A DNA stretch of 63,985 nucleotides, filler included, from Xylographa opegraphella (taxonomy: Eukaryota): NCBI GenBank assembly GCA_022813865.1. It is 3 parts of 3 records of this genome, joined end to end, with 100 filler letters (N's around TTAATTAATTAA, not from the genome) between each part and the next. Parts side by side here need not be neighbours in the genome. Positions count along the whole stretch, not along the records: positions 29,036 to 57,370 come from JALDZX010000122.1; 2 more parts are not named here. One strand, given 5' to 3'. Shown one piece after another: positions 37,838-52,681 of this stretch. Position 1 is the first letter of the stretch. Every line of letters begins with the position of its first letter. The notes beneath the pieces were generated by a model. That model did not search any database. It saw nothing but the letters and a program-made list of their open reading frames with translations, and was not told where the DNA came from. A program made the position numbers and the translations under genes.

Positions 37838-38021
37838 TGTGACGGCTATGACATCAGTCACAGGTAATAGGGGTCGGGCTGGATCAGGACTAGCACCTTT
37901 AGTATATAGTCTCGCCCATGGAGNNNNNNNNNNNNNNNNNNNATCTTAATCTGGGTTGAAATCGTCCACCTAAAGCTTACGTTCTAGGCGTGCTTGCGTG
38001 GTGAGTTGATGAGCCGTAACA
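37838..38021 (+). mobile_element. Solo LTR (same family as the 52682 Gypsy LTR) with 5-bp TSD GAATA
   Basis: TGTGAC...GTAACA flanked by GAATA on both sides; the empty site is visible in the duplicate copy near 44543. Confidence 0.92.
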
Positions 38022-41000
38022 GAATATACCTTTATGTAATATAATTAATTGTTTAGAAATTCTTTTACATTTTTATCGCTTTTTTATCGTTCTCGAAAGT
38101 TTAAAGTCGTTTCGATAATATATTTACGGCTCAGTATTTACTGCCGACAATATATTTTATTTTAAAATTAAAAAATCGAATTTAAATTAATTATCGATTT
38201 ATTAACGTACTCGATATATTTAGCGCTAATTAATTTAAATGTATCATTAAGGTTCGCGCATTCGTATTTATTACGAAAAAAATCTTAAAATTTTTTTTTA
38301 AAACTTTAAATAATTCTCGATATTTTTTTCCGCGTTATAAATTTTTTCCGACTTGGATTAAACCCCGTTATTATAATAGATAATATATATATTTTTTCAA
38401 CTCGCGTTATTTACAGTAAAGTCGAACCTTATTTAATTAAATTAACGTTCGGGTTAAAAATAATTTCGCCGAGTTTTTTAACATAATTTAAACTTTCAAT
38501 TATTAAAATTATAATAAAGTTTAATTTTAAAATATTTATAGCGCCTTGCCAATCGTTTCCCCATTTAAATATAACGTTTTTTTCATAATTATTAAATAAA
38601 GGTTATGATTACCGCGAAACCTTTTATTCATAATCAAAAATATTTTTTATATAAAAATACGCGCTTTTTTAATCAAATAGTAAAACAATTATTTTACTAT
38701 TTTTAAAACTTTCATTATTTCGAGCAGTTTCCCTTTTAGCCTATAAATAAACCCCATTATTTTTAGGTATTTAATTACAAACTATAATTTTATTTTAAAT
38801 ATATATTTTTCAGTCAGTTTTACGTTGTATATTACTCGATCAAGATTTTATAGAAACTTTGAAATATATCGCCGTATTTTAAACAAATTATTTTTCGTTA
38901 TATCGACTCATTAGGCCTTTTATACTTATATTATTAATAAATATTCGACAGATTTAATATAAATTATTTAGAATAATATTTATAGTTCGGCAGAACTGCG
39001 CGATTAAATTCGTCCCTTCTATAATACATGTATAATTTTGCAATAGGCCCAACGAGGTTTAAAACCCGATAAAATTTTTATTATTTTTATTAAATTTCAG
39101 TTAATCGTACTCAAACTGTATATTTATTAAACTTACGATCTATATATTCGCGAATTTTTTCGTCAATTACTTAGTATTAAATAATATATTTATATTTCGA
39201 ATAATTATTTTATTAATATGTATAACCGCGTTGATAAATTAATATTTTTCGAGCTCATATTTCTTTAATAAAAATTATAAATTTCTATAAAAAAATTGTA
39301 ATACTCGATTATTTCGATTAATATTTTTTTAAATATACGTATTATCTCTGGTTTAAAAACACGAAATACTTTAAACACAAAAATTTACCAGATTTTATAT
39401 TTAATCATTTTTATTTCTATAAACGGCGCTACCTTTAGATAAATCCTTTTAATATACGAAAACTCCCATTTCAAAGTATTTTTTTATTGAAAAAATACTT
39501 TTTGCAGAAAATATTTCTCGATGGCGAATAATTATTTATTTATTTTCAGCTTGCTTATACGATTCGAGGTCAGTTTAACGCCTCTTATTAATATATTAAT
39601 ACGCGATAAAAATCAATATTCGAACGACTATAAATTAAATGAATAAAATATAAAGCTTCGCTTCGCCAGTATTTTCCTTTTTTAATTAGCAGATTGAAAT
39701 AAGTTTTTTTTCAAAATTCAATTTATTCACGGGTTATATCTTATTAATTTTTCGTTTATAAATAGCTTAAAAGCTATATTTATACTATAAATCGAATTTT
39801 GTATTTTAACGTTAAAATAAACGAGTAACCCCAGTCTACGATGAATTTAAAACTTTAAATTAATCTGTTAAATTATATATAATAGTCGGTTTCCTACTTT
39901 TCGTTCGAACGAATAGTAAATTAAAATATAAATTATCATTTTCTAACGATATTTATTTAACTTGTTTGATTTATATTTATAAACTCTTTCGTTAATTTAA
40001 GCTTATTAATTATTTAAAGGTTCGAACTGCGCATTAAAATATGAATAAAATAATTTTTTAATACGTAAGCCTTTTTTTATTTAAATATTAAAAAAATATT
40101 AAAAAAATATACAATTTTATCGAATTTCGAGTTCGTTATTTTTACTTATATATAACTTTTTTTATTAATATTTTGATATTAATTACAAATAAGTATAGCA
40201 TTCCCAATACTATTGATTAATTCGCCCTTTCGATAATCAGCAGATATTAAACTATAAATACTAAATAAAGGTTTCTTTCTACGTTTTTATTAATTTCTTT
40301 TAACACCGTTTCGTTATTGTTAATATTTATCAACTTTAGGCGATTATCGATATTATAAAACAAATTCAACTTTTAAATGACTTTTTTATTAAATTAATTC
40401 TAGCTTCGATATTTAATAACGTCAAAAATTTTAAAATTTAAATGAAATTAATTTAAATTTAAAAGTTTAATAGTAAATAAAAATATTCGATAATAATACC
40501 TTCCGCGTATTTTGTATTTAATCAAACGCTTTTTTACGTAAATTTTTATTATTGTTAAAGGCTTATTCGGCTTAAATATTATTTTATAAATTAAAATACT
40601 CGAAAAAGTATATTATTTACGATAACGTTAAAAACGATAATTTTTAAATAATTTTTATAATATCGAACTCCGGTTGTTTATAGCTATTTATTTTAATATA
40701 TTAATTAATTTAATATTTTTTTTATATTAACTACCGCTGTATTTTTTTTATTTATTATCTTTATTTCTTTTCCTTCGTATTCCGCTGCGTATTTTAAATG
40801 ACTTTCTGGCTATTTTTTATCTCGACGTTTTGTAGTTCGTTAAATCGATTAAGTATTTAAATTTTTTTATATAGTTTCCCGTACGAATAGTGTTCGAAGT
40901 TTTTACCCTTTTTTAATTTTATTTTTTACTATTCGAGTATTTTTATTTAATATTTCTACTTTTAAAAATCGACCCGGCTTTCAACTCGAAGATTTTATTC

Positions 41001-43180
41001 AAATTATATTATTTTTTATTTTTTATTTAGCGAATAGTAATAAATATCATAAAGAGTTTTTTTATCGTTATCGCTAAAGATTTCGAAAGAAATTTATTTA
41101 CGTTTATTTTATTATAATTTTATAATTTTTTTCGCTAATGATTTATACTTGCGATAAGTATCTGAATTATCGACCTTCGAGCAATGTTTAGAATTTAAAA
41201 TTAATTTAATAAAATTAAGTTTTATTTTTTATTCGAGGAATTACTTTAAAAAAGTAATAAATAATTATTTGATTTTGACCTTTTCGCTCGCGTTTTTCTT
41301 TATTTTTTATTTATTCAAAAAACTATAAATTTAAGGATTTTATTTAAATTTTTTTAAATAAAACGTTTTTATAATTGTAAACTTTTTTTTGATTTTATAA
41401 AAATATTTTAGCGCTATTTCGTATACGCTTTAAATTTTCTATCGTAATAATGAATTTTTTAAATTAATTTTTGATTTTATAAATGAACGTAAATAAATAA
41501 TTATTAAAAGAATATAAATCGCGTTTTAATATTTAGCCATAAAGACTGTTGTATTACTTACTTTGATTTAAAATAACGAGTCAACCTTTAATTCGACTAT
41601 TTTTTTTAATATTTTTACGTTATTATTTTATATTTTTATTCGATTCGAACTTTGTTTTTTTATTTTTTAATATAAAGTTTTTATATGTTTTAGCCGCGGC
41701 GAAAATTATTTTTTATTTAATTCAATATTTTTCTTAAATTTTGTTTTAATATTTTTATGTTTTTTTTTCGACTATTTAAACTATTTAAAAATAAGTTTAA
41801 TTAATACTTTCTTTAATTTTATATAACTGGTTTCAGATTTCTTTTTGAATTTTATATACTTTATATTTTTTTAAACACTCGAAATACGCTAAAATCTTTA
41901 TATATATTTTAAAGTAAACGTTTCATAAAGTTAATTTTATTTTTGCGATCATTTTCCCGTTCTTTTTCTCGCAATTTTAATATTTTTATTGAATACCGAC
42001 GCGAGGTTTATTTTAAAACGATAAAATTTAATGAAATAGCGAGGTAAAATAAATAAAGTTTTTACTAAAAGTTAATACGACAATAATATTATTACTTTAA
42101 TTAAAATATTATTGTTACTATAATCAAAATAATATGAATACTATAATGAAAATAATGTTATTACTATAATTAAAATAATATTATTTTATAAAGCGAAGAA
42201 GTAATAACTATAAAAAATGTTATAACTATCGAATTAAATATAGTTTAAATTATTACTAACGTAAAAGTTTTAGTATCGTAAAGAAAGAATACTATTGCTA
42301 TAACAAAAACGATATTATTATATTAATAGAAATACTGTTATTATAAATTAAATAAAATAGTAGTCGAAAAAAATTAATATTTTAAATACGTTAATATTAA
42401 TATCGTTATTAATATAAAAGAAATTATTATCATAAATATAAAAAAAGTTATCGATACAGCAAAAATAATTTTATTAAAAATAATTATTTAAATATAAAAT
42501 TGTCGTTCCCGTTTTAATTATTCAAGTTTAAAGGTACAGAATTTCGAAGGCGTAAAATTTAAAAGAAAGAGAGGAAAAGAATCTATAAAATCGTTAATAT
42601 AATCGCTAGCGTTACTATTTATACGCTTTTTTATTTTCTTTAATTTTAATAAAAAAAATTTTAAATAGAAAATTACGCGGCCTTCGACGTTTCTATGTAT
42701 TAATTTTTTACTTTCGCTCGATTTCGATATTTATATATTTTCGCCCCCGCTGAACCTTGATTTTTATTTTTTGTTTAACAAAGAATTTTAAACTTTAATT
42801 TTCACTTTTTGTTTAATAAAGATTTCGAACTTTGAGTTTGATTTCGAATTAAAGTTATTATCGTTAAAATCGTTTGAATCGTAGTTGTTTTCGAAGTTTT
42901 AACTGCTATTTTTGCAATATATTAACGAAATAATTATTTTAAAACTTAGGGATTTATTTTTATCGTTAATTTTAATTTTATTAAAATATTTTTTTTAAAT
43001 TCGCTAAAATTATTGTATATTTTTTTACTATTTCGTTTTTTCGCTTAATATACAATTTTAGGCTTTTTTTTAAAAAACAATATTAAATTTTTATAAATAA
43101 TATACTTTTTTAATAAAATTCGCCTCGATGATTTGATACGAGTTTTATTATTGGAAATTAATTTTTTAATTTAATAAATT

Positions 43181-43377
43181 TGTTGAAAGGTACGATGGGT
43201 ACTGAAGCGCAGTGGTCATTCTAGCAGAATATATGGGTAAACAAGTGTGTTGTATTAGCTATGAACAACTACGAGACTATATGCTCGCGCACTAGCGTCA
43301 CCGGGCCTACGGCGGCCCGAGCTCTCGCTTAGCAGCTCTCGCTATCCTGCAGGCAAGCCGGGACTCTGTTTCTAACA
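43181..43377. mobile_element. Solo LTR with 5-bp TSD AAATT
   Basis: TGTTG...CTAACA, a GC-normal island in AT-rich DNA flanked by AAATT; absent from the duplicate copy near 36625. Confidence 0.9.
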
Positions 43378-45981
43378 AAATTATTAATTTTATGTTTAAT
43401 ATCGTATAAAAAATTTAACTTTTTATTTTATATATGTTGTTTCTGATACTTTTCTTAACGTCGTAGTATTAATTCTTTTAAATTTTAAAGTCATTTTTTT
43501 AAATTTAATTTTTTTTATAATAGTTATAAAGTTTTCAACGCGAGTAAATCGATTGTATTTTAGATTTATTTTTAAAGTAGGCTAATTTAATTAGGCACTT
43601 TGACTTTAATCGATAATATATATATATTTCTTTATAAATAAATTAAAATAAAGTTATATTAATGCTTCGACGAATATTAGTTTAACTAATTTATAAAATT
43701 GAATATCATAATTTAAATTATGTATTTATTTCTTTATATATTAATTTCGTTACTTTATTTATAATTGATTTATACCCGTTTTTCACTATGCCGTTCGCGC
43801 TCGAATTGTATGAGAACATTTATATTTATATAATTTTATATAATTTTAGTAGTATTTTATTTTATTTTTCATTTTTTATTTAGAATTATTTTTTCAAAGA
43901 GCTCGTAGCGAATAATAAACTTTTTTACAAAATTAGGCAATCGCCTTGAAGTTTGCGTTTTTAAAAAAATTTATTTTTATTTAATTCAATAAAAAAATTT
44001 AGGCGATTAATATATGATTTCACTTTTTTTTGCGATAATTTAATTACGTTTATAATTATTCTTTCGAATAATACCCGGCTATGCGTAGCGAAAATAGTAT
44101 TTAACTTTAACTGTAAAAATTTTCGTTAATGATTTTTGCAGGATTTTCAGTAAATCTTGCAGTTTTTATACAATTTTTCTATTAATATATAGCGAATATT
44201 TTTTCATATATAATTTTTATACCTTTATATATTTGGTTTATATTATGCTAACTAGCGATAATTTTTATTAATTTTTTATTTGTTATTTGTCGTAAAGGTA
44301 TATTTTTACTGTTTCGTTAAATTTATTTTTTATTTTTTATTAAATATTTTATGGCTTTAGTTTTGAATTTTATTTATTAACGATTTTTATACTGGGTCGG
44401 CTTTTTTAAACGATAATAATGATATAGTATATTTTTATAAATCTTTAAATCTTTAAAATTTATTATTTAAAATAATAATTTAAAAATTTTAATTATCGTT
44501 TTTTTTCTGCCTTTCTTTAATGGCCGTTAAAAATAAATTTAAAGAATATACTTTTACGTAATATAATTAATTATTTAGGAATTTCTTTACATTTTTATCG
44601 TTTTTTTTATTATTTTCGAGAGTTTAAAATCGTTTCGATAATTTATTTACGACCAAATGTTTACTGTCGACGATTATTTTACCTTAAAATCGGAAAATTA
44701 AATTTAAAATAATTATTACTTTATTAACGTATTTAATATATTGAACGCTAATTAATTTAATTATATTATTAAATTTTGCGTATTCGTTTTTATTACGATA
44801 AAGATTTTAAAAAAAACAATTTTTACCTTTTTTAAGGCCTTAAATAATCCTCGATACTTTTTTTTCGCGTTATAAACCTTTTGAAGTTTCGATCAAATTT
44901 TATTATTATAATAATATTTTTTTTTTCGTTTCACGTTATTCACAGTAAAGTTGAATTTTATTTAATTAAATTAACTTTCGAGTCGAGAATAATTTTGCCG
45001 ATTTTTTAATATAATTTATATTTTAAATCGCTAAATTTATAGTAAAATTTATTTTTAAAATATTTATAGCGATTTGCTGATCGTTTTTTATTCGAATACA
45101 ACGTTTTTTCAAATAATTAATAAATAAAAGCTGTTATTATCGTAAATTTTTTTATTGATAATCGAAAATATATATAATTTTTTCATACAAATACGCGTTT
45201 TTTTAATCGAACAGCAAAACGATTATTTTATCATTTTCAAAACTCTCGTTGTTTCGAGCAGTTTTCTTTTTAATTTATAAACAAATTTTACTATTTTTAG
45301 CTATTTGATTAGAAACTGTGATTTTGCTTTAAATATATATTTTTTAATTAATTTTACGTTGTATATTATTCGATCGAGCTTTTGTATAAAATTTAAAATA
45401 TATTATTGTATTTTAGGCAAGGGTTTATTTTGTTATATTGATTTTTTAAGCCCTTTATATTTATATTCTCAATAAATACCCGATAAATTTAGTATAAATT
45501 ATTTAAAATAATATTGATAATTCGGCAGAATTACGCGATTAGGTTTATTTTTGATTATTATTATATAATTTCGCAATAGGTTTAATAAAATCTTTATTAT
45601 TTTAATTAAAATTTAACTAATTTTGTTCGAATTATATATTTACTAGGCTTACGATTTAAATACTCGCGAATTTTTTAACAAATTGTTTTATATTAAACGG
45701 TATATTTGCGTTTTAAATGATTATCTTGTTAATATAGATATTCGCGTTAATAAATCAATATTTTGCGGGCTCGAATTTCCTTATTAGCAATTATAAAAAA
45801 ATTAAAAAATTTTAGTAAAATTCGATTGTTTCGACTGATATTTTTTTTAAATATACGTATTATTTTTGACTTTTAAGGTACGGGATATTTTAAACATAAA
45901 AGTTTATTAAATTTTATATTGAATTATTTTTATTTTTATAAATAGCGTTATTTTTAAACAAATTATTTTAATATGGGAAAA

Positions 45982-46348
45982 TGTTACGATCCTGCCTCTC
46001 ACTAGTATAGTTCGATTAGGGATCTGGGTTGGATTCGTCAATGAGTAGATAGGAAGTCACGATGCAGTCTTAATGCTCCAGTCTAATAGTCTTCGTACAG
46101 TATTGTATCGAAGCCTATTAGTCTAAGATCATAACATGAGTTGAACACGCCTTCTACAACATAGGAGATCCTCCACTCTATATAGAAGTCCTGTTCCTGG
46201 AGTGCCCTCCGTGCCCTCCCAGAGGGCACTGAGGGTATCTGCCCTCGGTGCCCTCATTGAGGTCACTGGGGGCACCGACTAGCGTGCTTCCCGTTTCCAC
46301 TAGTCCCAACTGGTGGTAGCTTACCTGGTCAAGGTGAGAACCTTAACA
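45982..46348. mobile_element. Solo LTR with 5-bp TSD GAAAA
   Basis: TGTTAC...TTAACA flanked by GAAAA; its first 60 bp are identical to 57311-57370; empty site near 39458. Confidence 0.92.
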
Positions 46349-46850
46349 GAAAAGTTTTATTTTAAAGTATTTTCTTTGTTGAAAAATATTTTTTATAAAA
46401 AATATTTTTCGATGGCGAATAAGTATTTATTTATTTTTAATTTATTTATACGATTGGACATTAATCTGGCGCCTTGTATTAATATATTAATACACGGTAA
46501 AAATAAATGTTTAAACGATTATAAACCAGGTTGATAGGGTATAAAATCTTATTTTATTAATATTTTTTCAATCAGTAAATCAAAATGGGTTTTTTTCTTT
46601 AAAATTTGATTTATTTCCGAACTGTATTTTGTCCATTTTTTATTTGTAAAACTATTTAAAGGCTATATTTATATTATAAATTAAATTTTATATTTTAACG
46701 TTGAAATAAACGAGTAGCTTTAATCTGCGACGAATTCAAAAATTAAAATCGATACGTCAAATTATATATAATATTCGATTTTTTTTGTTCGAACGAATAA
46801 TAAATTAAAGTACCAATTACTATTTTTAACGATATTCATTTAATTTACTT

Positions 46851-46901
46851 AATTTACATTTAATTTACTTAATTTACATTTAATTTACTTAATTTACATT
46901 T
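46851..46901 (+). repeat. Short tandem repeat of a 20-bp unit (TAATTTACTTAATTTACATT)
   Basis: The unit repeats about three times from ~46841 to 46901 and is single in the other copy near 39955. Confidence 0.6.
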
Positions 46902-49670
46902 ATGAACCCTTTTATCGATTTTTAAATTTGTTAATTGTTTAAAAGTTCGAATTGGGTATTAAAGTACAAATAAAACAGTTTTTTAATACGTAAAAAAATT
47001 ATTTAAATATTAAAGAATTTTACGATTCTATTGAATTTCGAGTTCGTTATTTTTACTTATGAATAGCCTTTTTTTATCGAGGTTTTTATATTAATTGTAA
47101 ATACTTACGACATATTTAATATTATTAATTTATTTATTTTTTCGACTATCAATAGGGATTAAATTATAAATATTGAATAAAAATTTGTTTTTATATTTAT
47201 ATAAAAAATTTTAATATTATTTTATTGTTATTAATAATTACCGACTTTAGGCGATCGTCGATATAATAAAATAAATTTAACTTTCGAGTAATTCTTATTA
47301 TTGAATTAATGTTAATTTCGATATTTAACAGAATCGAGATTTTTAAACTTTAATTTAAATTAATTTAAATTCGAGAATTTAATAACATTTAAAAAATATT
47401 CGATAATAATAATATCGTACGCGTATTTCAGATTTAATAAAACGTTTTTTACGTATATTTTTTTAATTATCGAAGGTCTCTTCGGCTTAAATATTATTTT
47501 ATAAATTAAGGATATTTAAAAAAGTATATCGCTTATTATAATATTAAAAACGATGATTTTAAATATTTTTTATAATATAGAATTTAAAATATTTATAATT
47601 ATTTACTTTAAAATATTAGCTAATTTAATATTTTTTTAATATTTATTATTGTTGTATTTTTATTTATTACCTTTGTTTTTTATTCGTATTTTTCTACGTA
47701 TTTTAAACGATTTGCTGGCTATTTTTTATTTCAACGTTTTACAATTTATAAAATTAATGGAGTACTTCGAAAAGATAATAGTTCATATAGTTTCTCGTAC
47801 CAATAATTTTCGAAGTTTTTACCCTTTTTTTTAATTTTACTTTTTATTATTTAGGCATTTTTGTTTAATACTTTTACTTTTCAGGGTCAATCTGGCCTTC
47901 GACCCGAAAATTCTGCTTAAATTATATTGTTTTTTATTTTTTATTTAGCGAATAGTATTAAATATTTAAAATAGCCATTTTATATTTATATTAAAATTTA
48001 ACGTTAATCAAAAGTAATGAACTTAAACTCTATTGCTTGATTATTATTTTTGTTTTTATTCATTTTTTAGTAAATAATTAATTTAGTTTAGTTTTCGTAT
48101 CAAATTCTTTAAGGGCAATTTTTTCGAATTTTTTAATTTTCGTAAGCGATTCTTTGTGTTCTATTTATATTTACCGCTTTATTATTAATTAATTTCCCAA
48201 AATATAAGCAATCGCGTTTAAAGTACCTGAATTTTCAATAAAAATTATAGGTTTTATGTATTTCTTCGAGCCTAATAATATTAATTAGTTTTTTTAACTT
48301 ATAATTTTATTAATTATTATAAATATACAGAAATCTTCGCTAATAATTATTATTAATATATAGTTAAATTAATTAACTTTAAATAATCAATTTACTAATC
48401 GTTTCTATATCTTGTTTCAGGCGCTGGTTTAATTTATTCAATTTAATTCAAATTAAAAATATTAAATTTTTAAAAGATTTAATCATATCGTCGATCTCTT
48501 GAATTAACAAGTTTTCATTACTATTAAAATAATTGAAACAATAAAAGACCTTTAAATTTTTAGAATCGATTTTTAAACGATTTTAATTAATTTATTATTT
48601 TAATTTTTATTAATTGATTTAAATTTTTCTTGTTTTTAATATTTTTTTATAATAATTTAAATCCCTCGTTTTTCATTCATGAAGCTCGTTGTTTAATAGC
48701 GTTTATTATGGGAAACGAGCTCGAATTTTTTAATTTAAACTTTAATTATTTCATTATTTTCGCGCGTTTATCTTCGCTAAATTGTTATAAAAATCTTAAA
48801 TTTTTTTTGTACTTCGCAAATTTTTTTCTGTTAAAGTTATCGTTATTAAACGAAATTAACGGCAATATTATTTTAGCAAAATTTTGTTAACTTTCGCCTC
48901 GTTTTTGTACTTTTCGAGAAAAATTCGTAAATATATTTTCTGACCTTTATCTTAATTAAGATTTTCGCTTAAAATTCTATTGTTAAACGATTTTTAATCT
49001 CCATTTACGTATTTTTAAAGCGTTTTAATATTGTTTTTTATTAATTTTATATAATAAAATAGCAGTTAACGTATTTATTTTTTCGATCGGTAAATTATAA
49101 TTTAAATACAAAGTTTCCTAAATTTTTATAAAATTAAAAATGTTTAAACCCATAAATAAAAACGTATTTAGCGTTTCGGGCAAGGGCAAATTTTTCTTTT
49201 AAATATATTATTTTTATTTCGATTTGCGTTAACGATAAATTTTAAACGATACTTCTTAATATATTAACCTGCAGTATAATAATAAATAAAAATATTATTA
49301 ACGAAATAAGCGAACGGTATTCCCCAAAGTTAATAAATAAATAAAAAATTTTATACTTAATTAATACGATTTTATTAAATATTACAAATATTAAAAAAAT
49401 TAAGAAAATTGCTAATAAAAATTGTTACTAAATTAATAATTAACTACGATAATCAAGTTAATTTTAAAATTCTCGTTTTTTTTAAAAACCCTGTCTTTTT
49501 TTTATCGCTTTTTCTCTTATTTTTTGCTTTTTTCATATTTATTTTCTTTTTTCATTAAATCTTTTCTTATTTTTATTGCCATCGCGCGATTTTCTCGCTT
49601 TATTTCTAATTTCTTTTAATTTTTAATACGATTTTTGAAGTTTTTCCGCGAATAATGAATATAGCGTTTT

Positions 49671-52600
49671 TATTAAAAGGCACGTGTATTTGGATCAGGG
49701 CGGGGGCAACAGTAATCGTATATTCGGTGAAGTTCGGTATAGGCCACGAGAACGTGACATATACCTCCTACGCTAGTACTGAACTACGCTATACATAAAT
49801 AGAACTAGCCTTCAGGTATTCCTTTATGCCTACCAGCAAGTAATGCTTCTATCAATTAACACTCCCCCGCAGACCTTGCGATGGTACAACGTTCAGTACT
49901 CCCCTGGTTTACTAAGCCCAGCATGTCAACGAAGCGTTCGAAATCAACTGCCTGCAACGGCTTTCTTAGCCCATCAGCCGCCATTTCTCGTGTAGGCACG
50001 TAAGTGACTCGAATTCGACCTTGTCTCTTTAAGTCGCGAATATAATAGTAAACGATATTGATATGCTTTAACCGTTTATTAATAACGTGATTGTTAATTA
50101 ATGCTAATAGATCGTTATTGTCGCTACGCAGTTTCGCGCAGTAAGGGTTATTATTTATATATTACGGGTATTCGAGTTCGCGAAGCAGTTAAATTAACTA
50201 TTACCCTTATTTCGCCCTAGTTGATAATTCTATGTATTCGACTTCCGTTGTTAACGTAAATATAAATTTCTGCTTTCGACTTGCCTATGATATAGCTCCC
50301 TCGGCGAATTTAAAAAAATATTTAAACGTTGATTTGCGATTAACCAGGCTAGCCGCGTAATTCGTATCAATTTATTTAACAAGACTTTAATCTTCACAAG
50401 AGCCGAATTGAATATATAGGTCAGATAACGATCGTAGGTACCGCAGTAGTCCCTTAACGCCGTGCTCGTGGTGCTTCGCTGAATCTCCTATATACTGACT
50501 CAGCTTTTCAAGCGCGAAGGCTATATCAGGTCGCGTATACATCATTGCGTGCATAATACTTCCGATTATCTTTTGATACTCTTTCGTATCGCCGTCCTGA
50601 TTGTATGCTATTTTAAACCTTATATAATCGTAGTTATTCATCGGGATTTTGGTCTTCGCGTACTTTTCGTGAGTTATACCTACGTAATTTAGTACCTTGT
50701 TGATGTAGCGTGATTGATTTATAATCAGTGTTCTGTTCTTTTTATCACGAGTAATATTTATGTTAAGGACTTTATTAATCTCCCCTAGATCCTTAATTTT
50801 AAAGATTTTCGATAGCTTTTTCTTAAATTAAAATATAAACGACAGCTCTTTCGCCGCGATAACTATATCGTTTACGTACATTATTAAAATGACTGCTTTT
50901 TCGCTGTGAAATAATAGGCGTAAATTTATTTAGCATTGCTTGAATTCTAGGAGCTCGCAATACGAAACCGCGTTGTTAAATTAATCTTTTGCTACTTATT
51001 TTAAATCGTATAAACTGCGTTTCAAACGAAGTACTTTGCCGGTTAGTAATACCATGTCATTAGGTAAAAATATATATATTTTTTCATCAAGTTTTGATTC
51101 GGTGAAGGCATTGCTAATATTCGTTTAATAATATTCAAGGTCTTCCAGGGCGACAATAATCCTTACAGTACGAAGCGTATTCATTTTAACAGTAAAAGCA
51201 AAGGTTTTATCGTAATCGATTTCGTAAATTTAAAAAAAGCTGCGTACAATTAAACGTGCTTTGAACCTTTCGATCTTGCTTTAAATAGTGTATTTAACGA
51301 TAAATACCCATTTACTTATAATCAGGTTCCGTTCAACGGGTTGATTTATTAATTTTTATATTTTATTGGCTTCAAAAATTTTAACCTCAGCCTTAATAGC
51401 CTTTTACCAGTTTTTATTATATTTAAAGTCGTTTACCGCCTTCGCGTATATTTCTGGAATCGAGACAGTAATAAAAACTGTATTTAAATCAAATTTCGAA
51501 TCATCGTCGATATCTTTCTGTACGACTAAAACTATTATATATTATATATACTTGATAAAGCTTTCGTCGTAATCGAGGTCTTTATCTCTTGATCGCTTTA
51601 TCCCTCGCGAAATTTCGACTCGCAGAAATAATTTTGGTGGCGATGTTTAAATAAATTTCGAACTTTTAAATATTATATTTAGAAGTTTTGTATTTAAAGA
51701 TTCGCGGGCGCGTATTAATAACGTAAAATCCTTAACAAAGCTCTGATCAATATGTTTGTCAAGCATTGCAGTTCTTAAATTTTTAGTTAAAAAAGTAATC
51801 TTTTCAATAGTCTGTTCGTTAAATAGCTTAAATAATAACTGGCGTTTATTTATATTTATTAATTTACCTCGTAGGCGTCGATTTGGCATTTCGTTAAAGA
51901 TTTCTTGAATGTCTGTCTTAATCGAAAGCTTAAGATCCACTGCTCCCCCAGGAGTATATTTCTCGAATATTACCCTTTATATTATAATATGTTAATATAT
52001 ATCGAGAGCGTAAATTTAATACTATTTTGTAGTATTTTAATTATAGTTTATAAAAATATATACTCGACCTCGATTCATCAGCTTGTCGTATCGTTCTTTA
52101 GCAGGCAGTAACTTCGAATTAACGTAGGCATAGTATTTATAGCCCCAGACTTTAATATAATTAATAAAGGGCTTTTCTCCAGTTTATACTTATTCGGAAT
52201 TAGTCATTTCGCTATCGATCTTGGGTTCATATGCTGTACGATTGCGAAGGTACGCATTAACCTTCACTACTTTATTTTAAAACTTTAATAATAACCTGGC
52301 ATTTTAAAGCATAGCCCTGGCATTCCTCTCGATTGTCTGAATTACGCGTTTGACGATACCATTTTGATTCAAGGTATACGAGACAGTGAGCTATGATTTA
52401 ATTCCAAAATCAGTCTTTTAGAAATCGAATTTTTTTTTCAGCTCTATAGCGTTATCGCTGCGTACGACTTTAACCTTTAAACCTTTTTAGAATTTTATTA
52501 CTATCTTTTACTTCTTTATTATTGTAGGGGCATTTTCCCTTTTAATAATCGAAAGAGACCATATCTTTCGCGTAGCGTTGTCAACGATTTCAATAAAATA

Positions 52601-52681
52601 GCAATTGCCATTTAAAAATAATAATAGGCCGCATATATTAATCGATATAAAATCAAGAGCATTAAATTTTCGTAGATTTAG
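49671..52681 (-). mobile_element. Ty1/Copia element, 3' part (integrase, RT, RNase H, PPT, 3' LTR 49671-49861), moderately RIP-mutated
   Basis: Integrase DFISINICG..YFIEIVDNATRKIW; RT FKARLIVR, YVNDI and YQKIIGSIMHAMMYTRPDIAFA; RNase H KHINIVY..YVPTREMAADGLRKPL; PPT GCGGGGGAG precedes the LTR start TGTTAAT. Confidence 0.88.

Larger units (their letters stand above)
32703..49670 (-). mobile_element. RIP-degraded Ty3/Gypsy element with 3' LTR (32703-32956), polypurine tract and an internal ~6.5-kb tandem duplication
   Basis: LTR TG..CA abutting the PPT (GGGGGAGGAT on minus, 32957-32966). Degenerate RT IRRYI..NLDRVI..KVLKIV near 38700-38880; integrase C-terminal GPY-like segment (QGSYRII) near 36590. 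34520-41045 aligns with 41046-47965. Confidence 0.75.

Noticed and set aside
33800..48890. Short F/I/L/K/N-rich ORFs in the AT-rich block that resemble membrane or organellar proteins
   Set aside because: By-products of RIP-driven AT enrichment in retroelements. There are no mitochondrial gene motifs, so this is not a NUMT.
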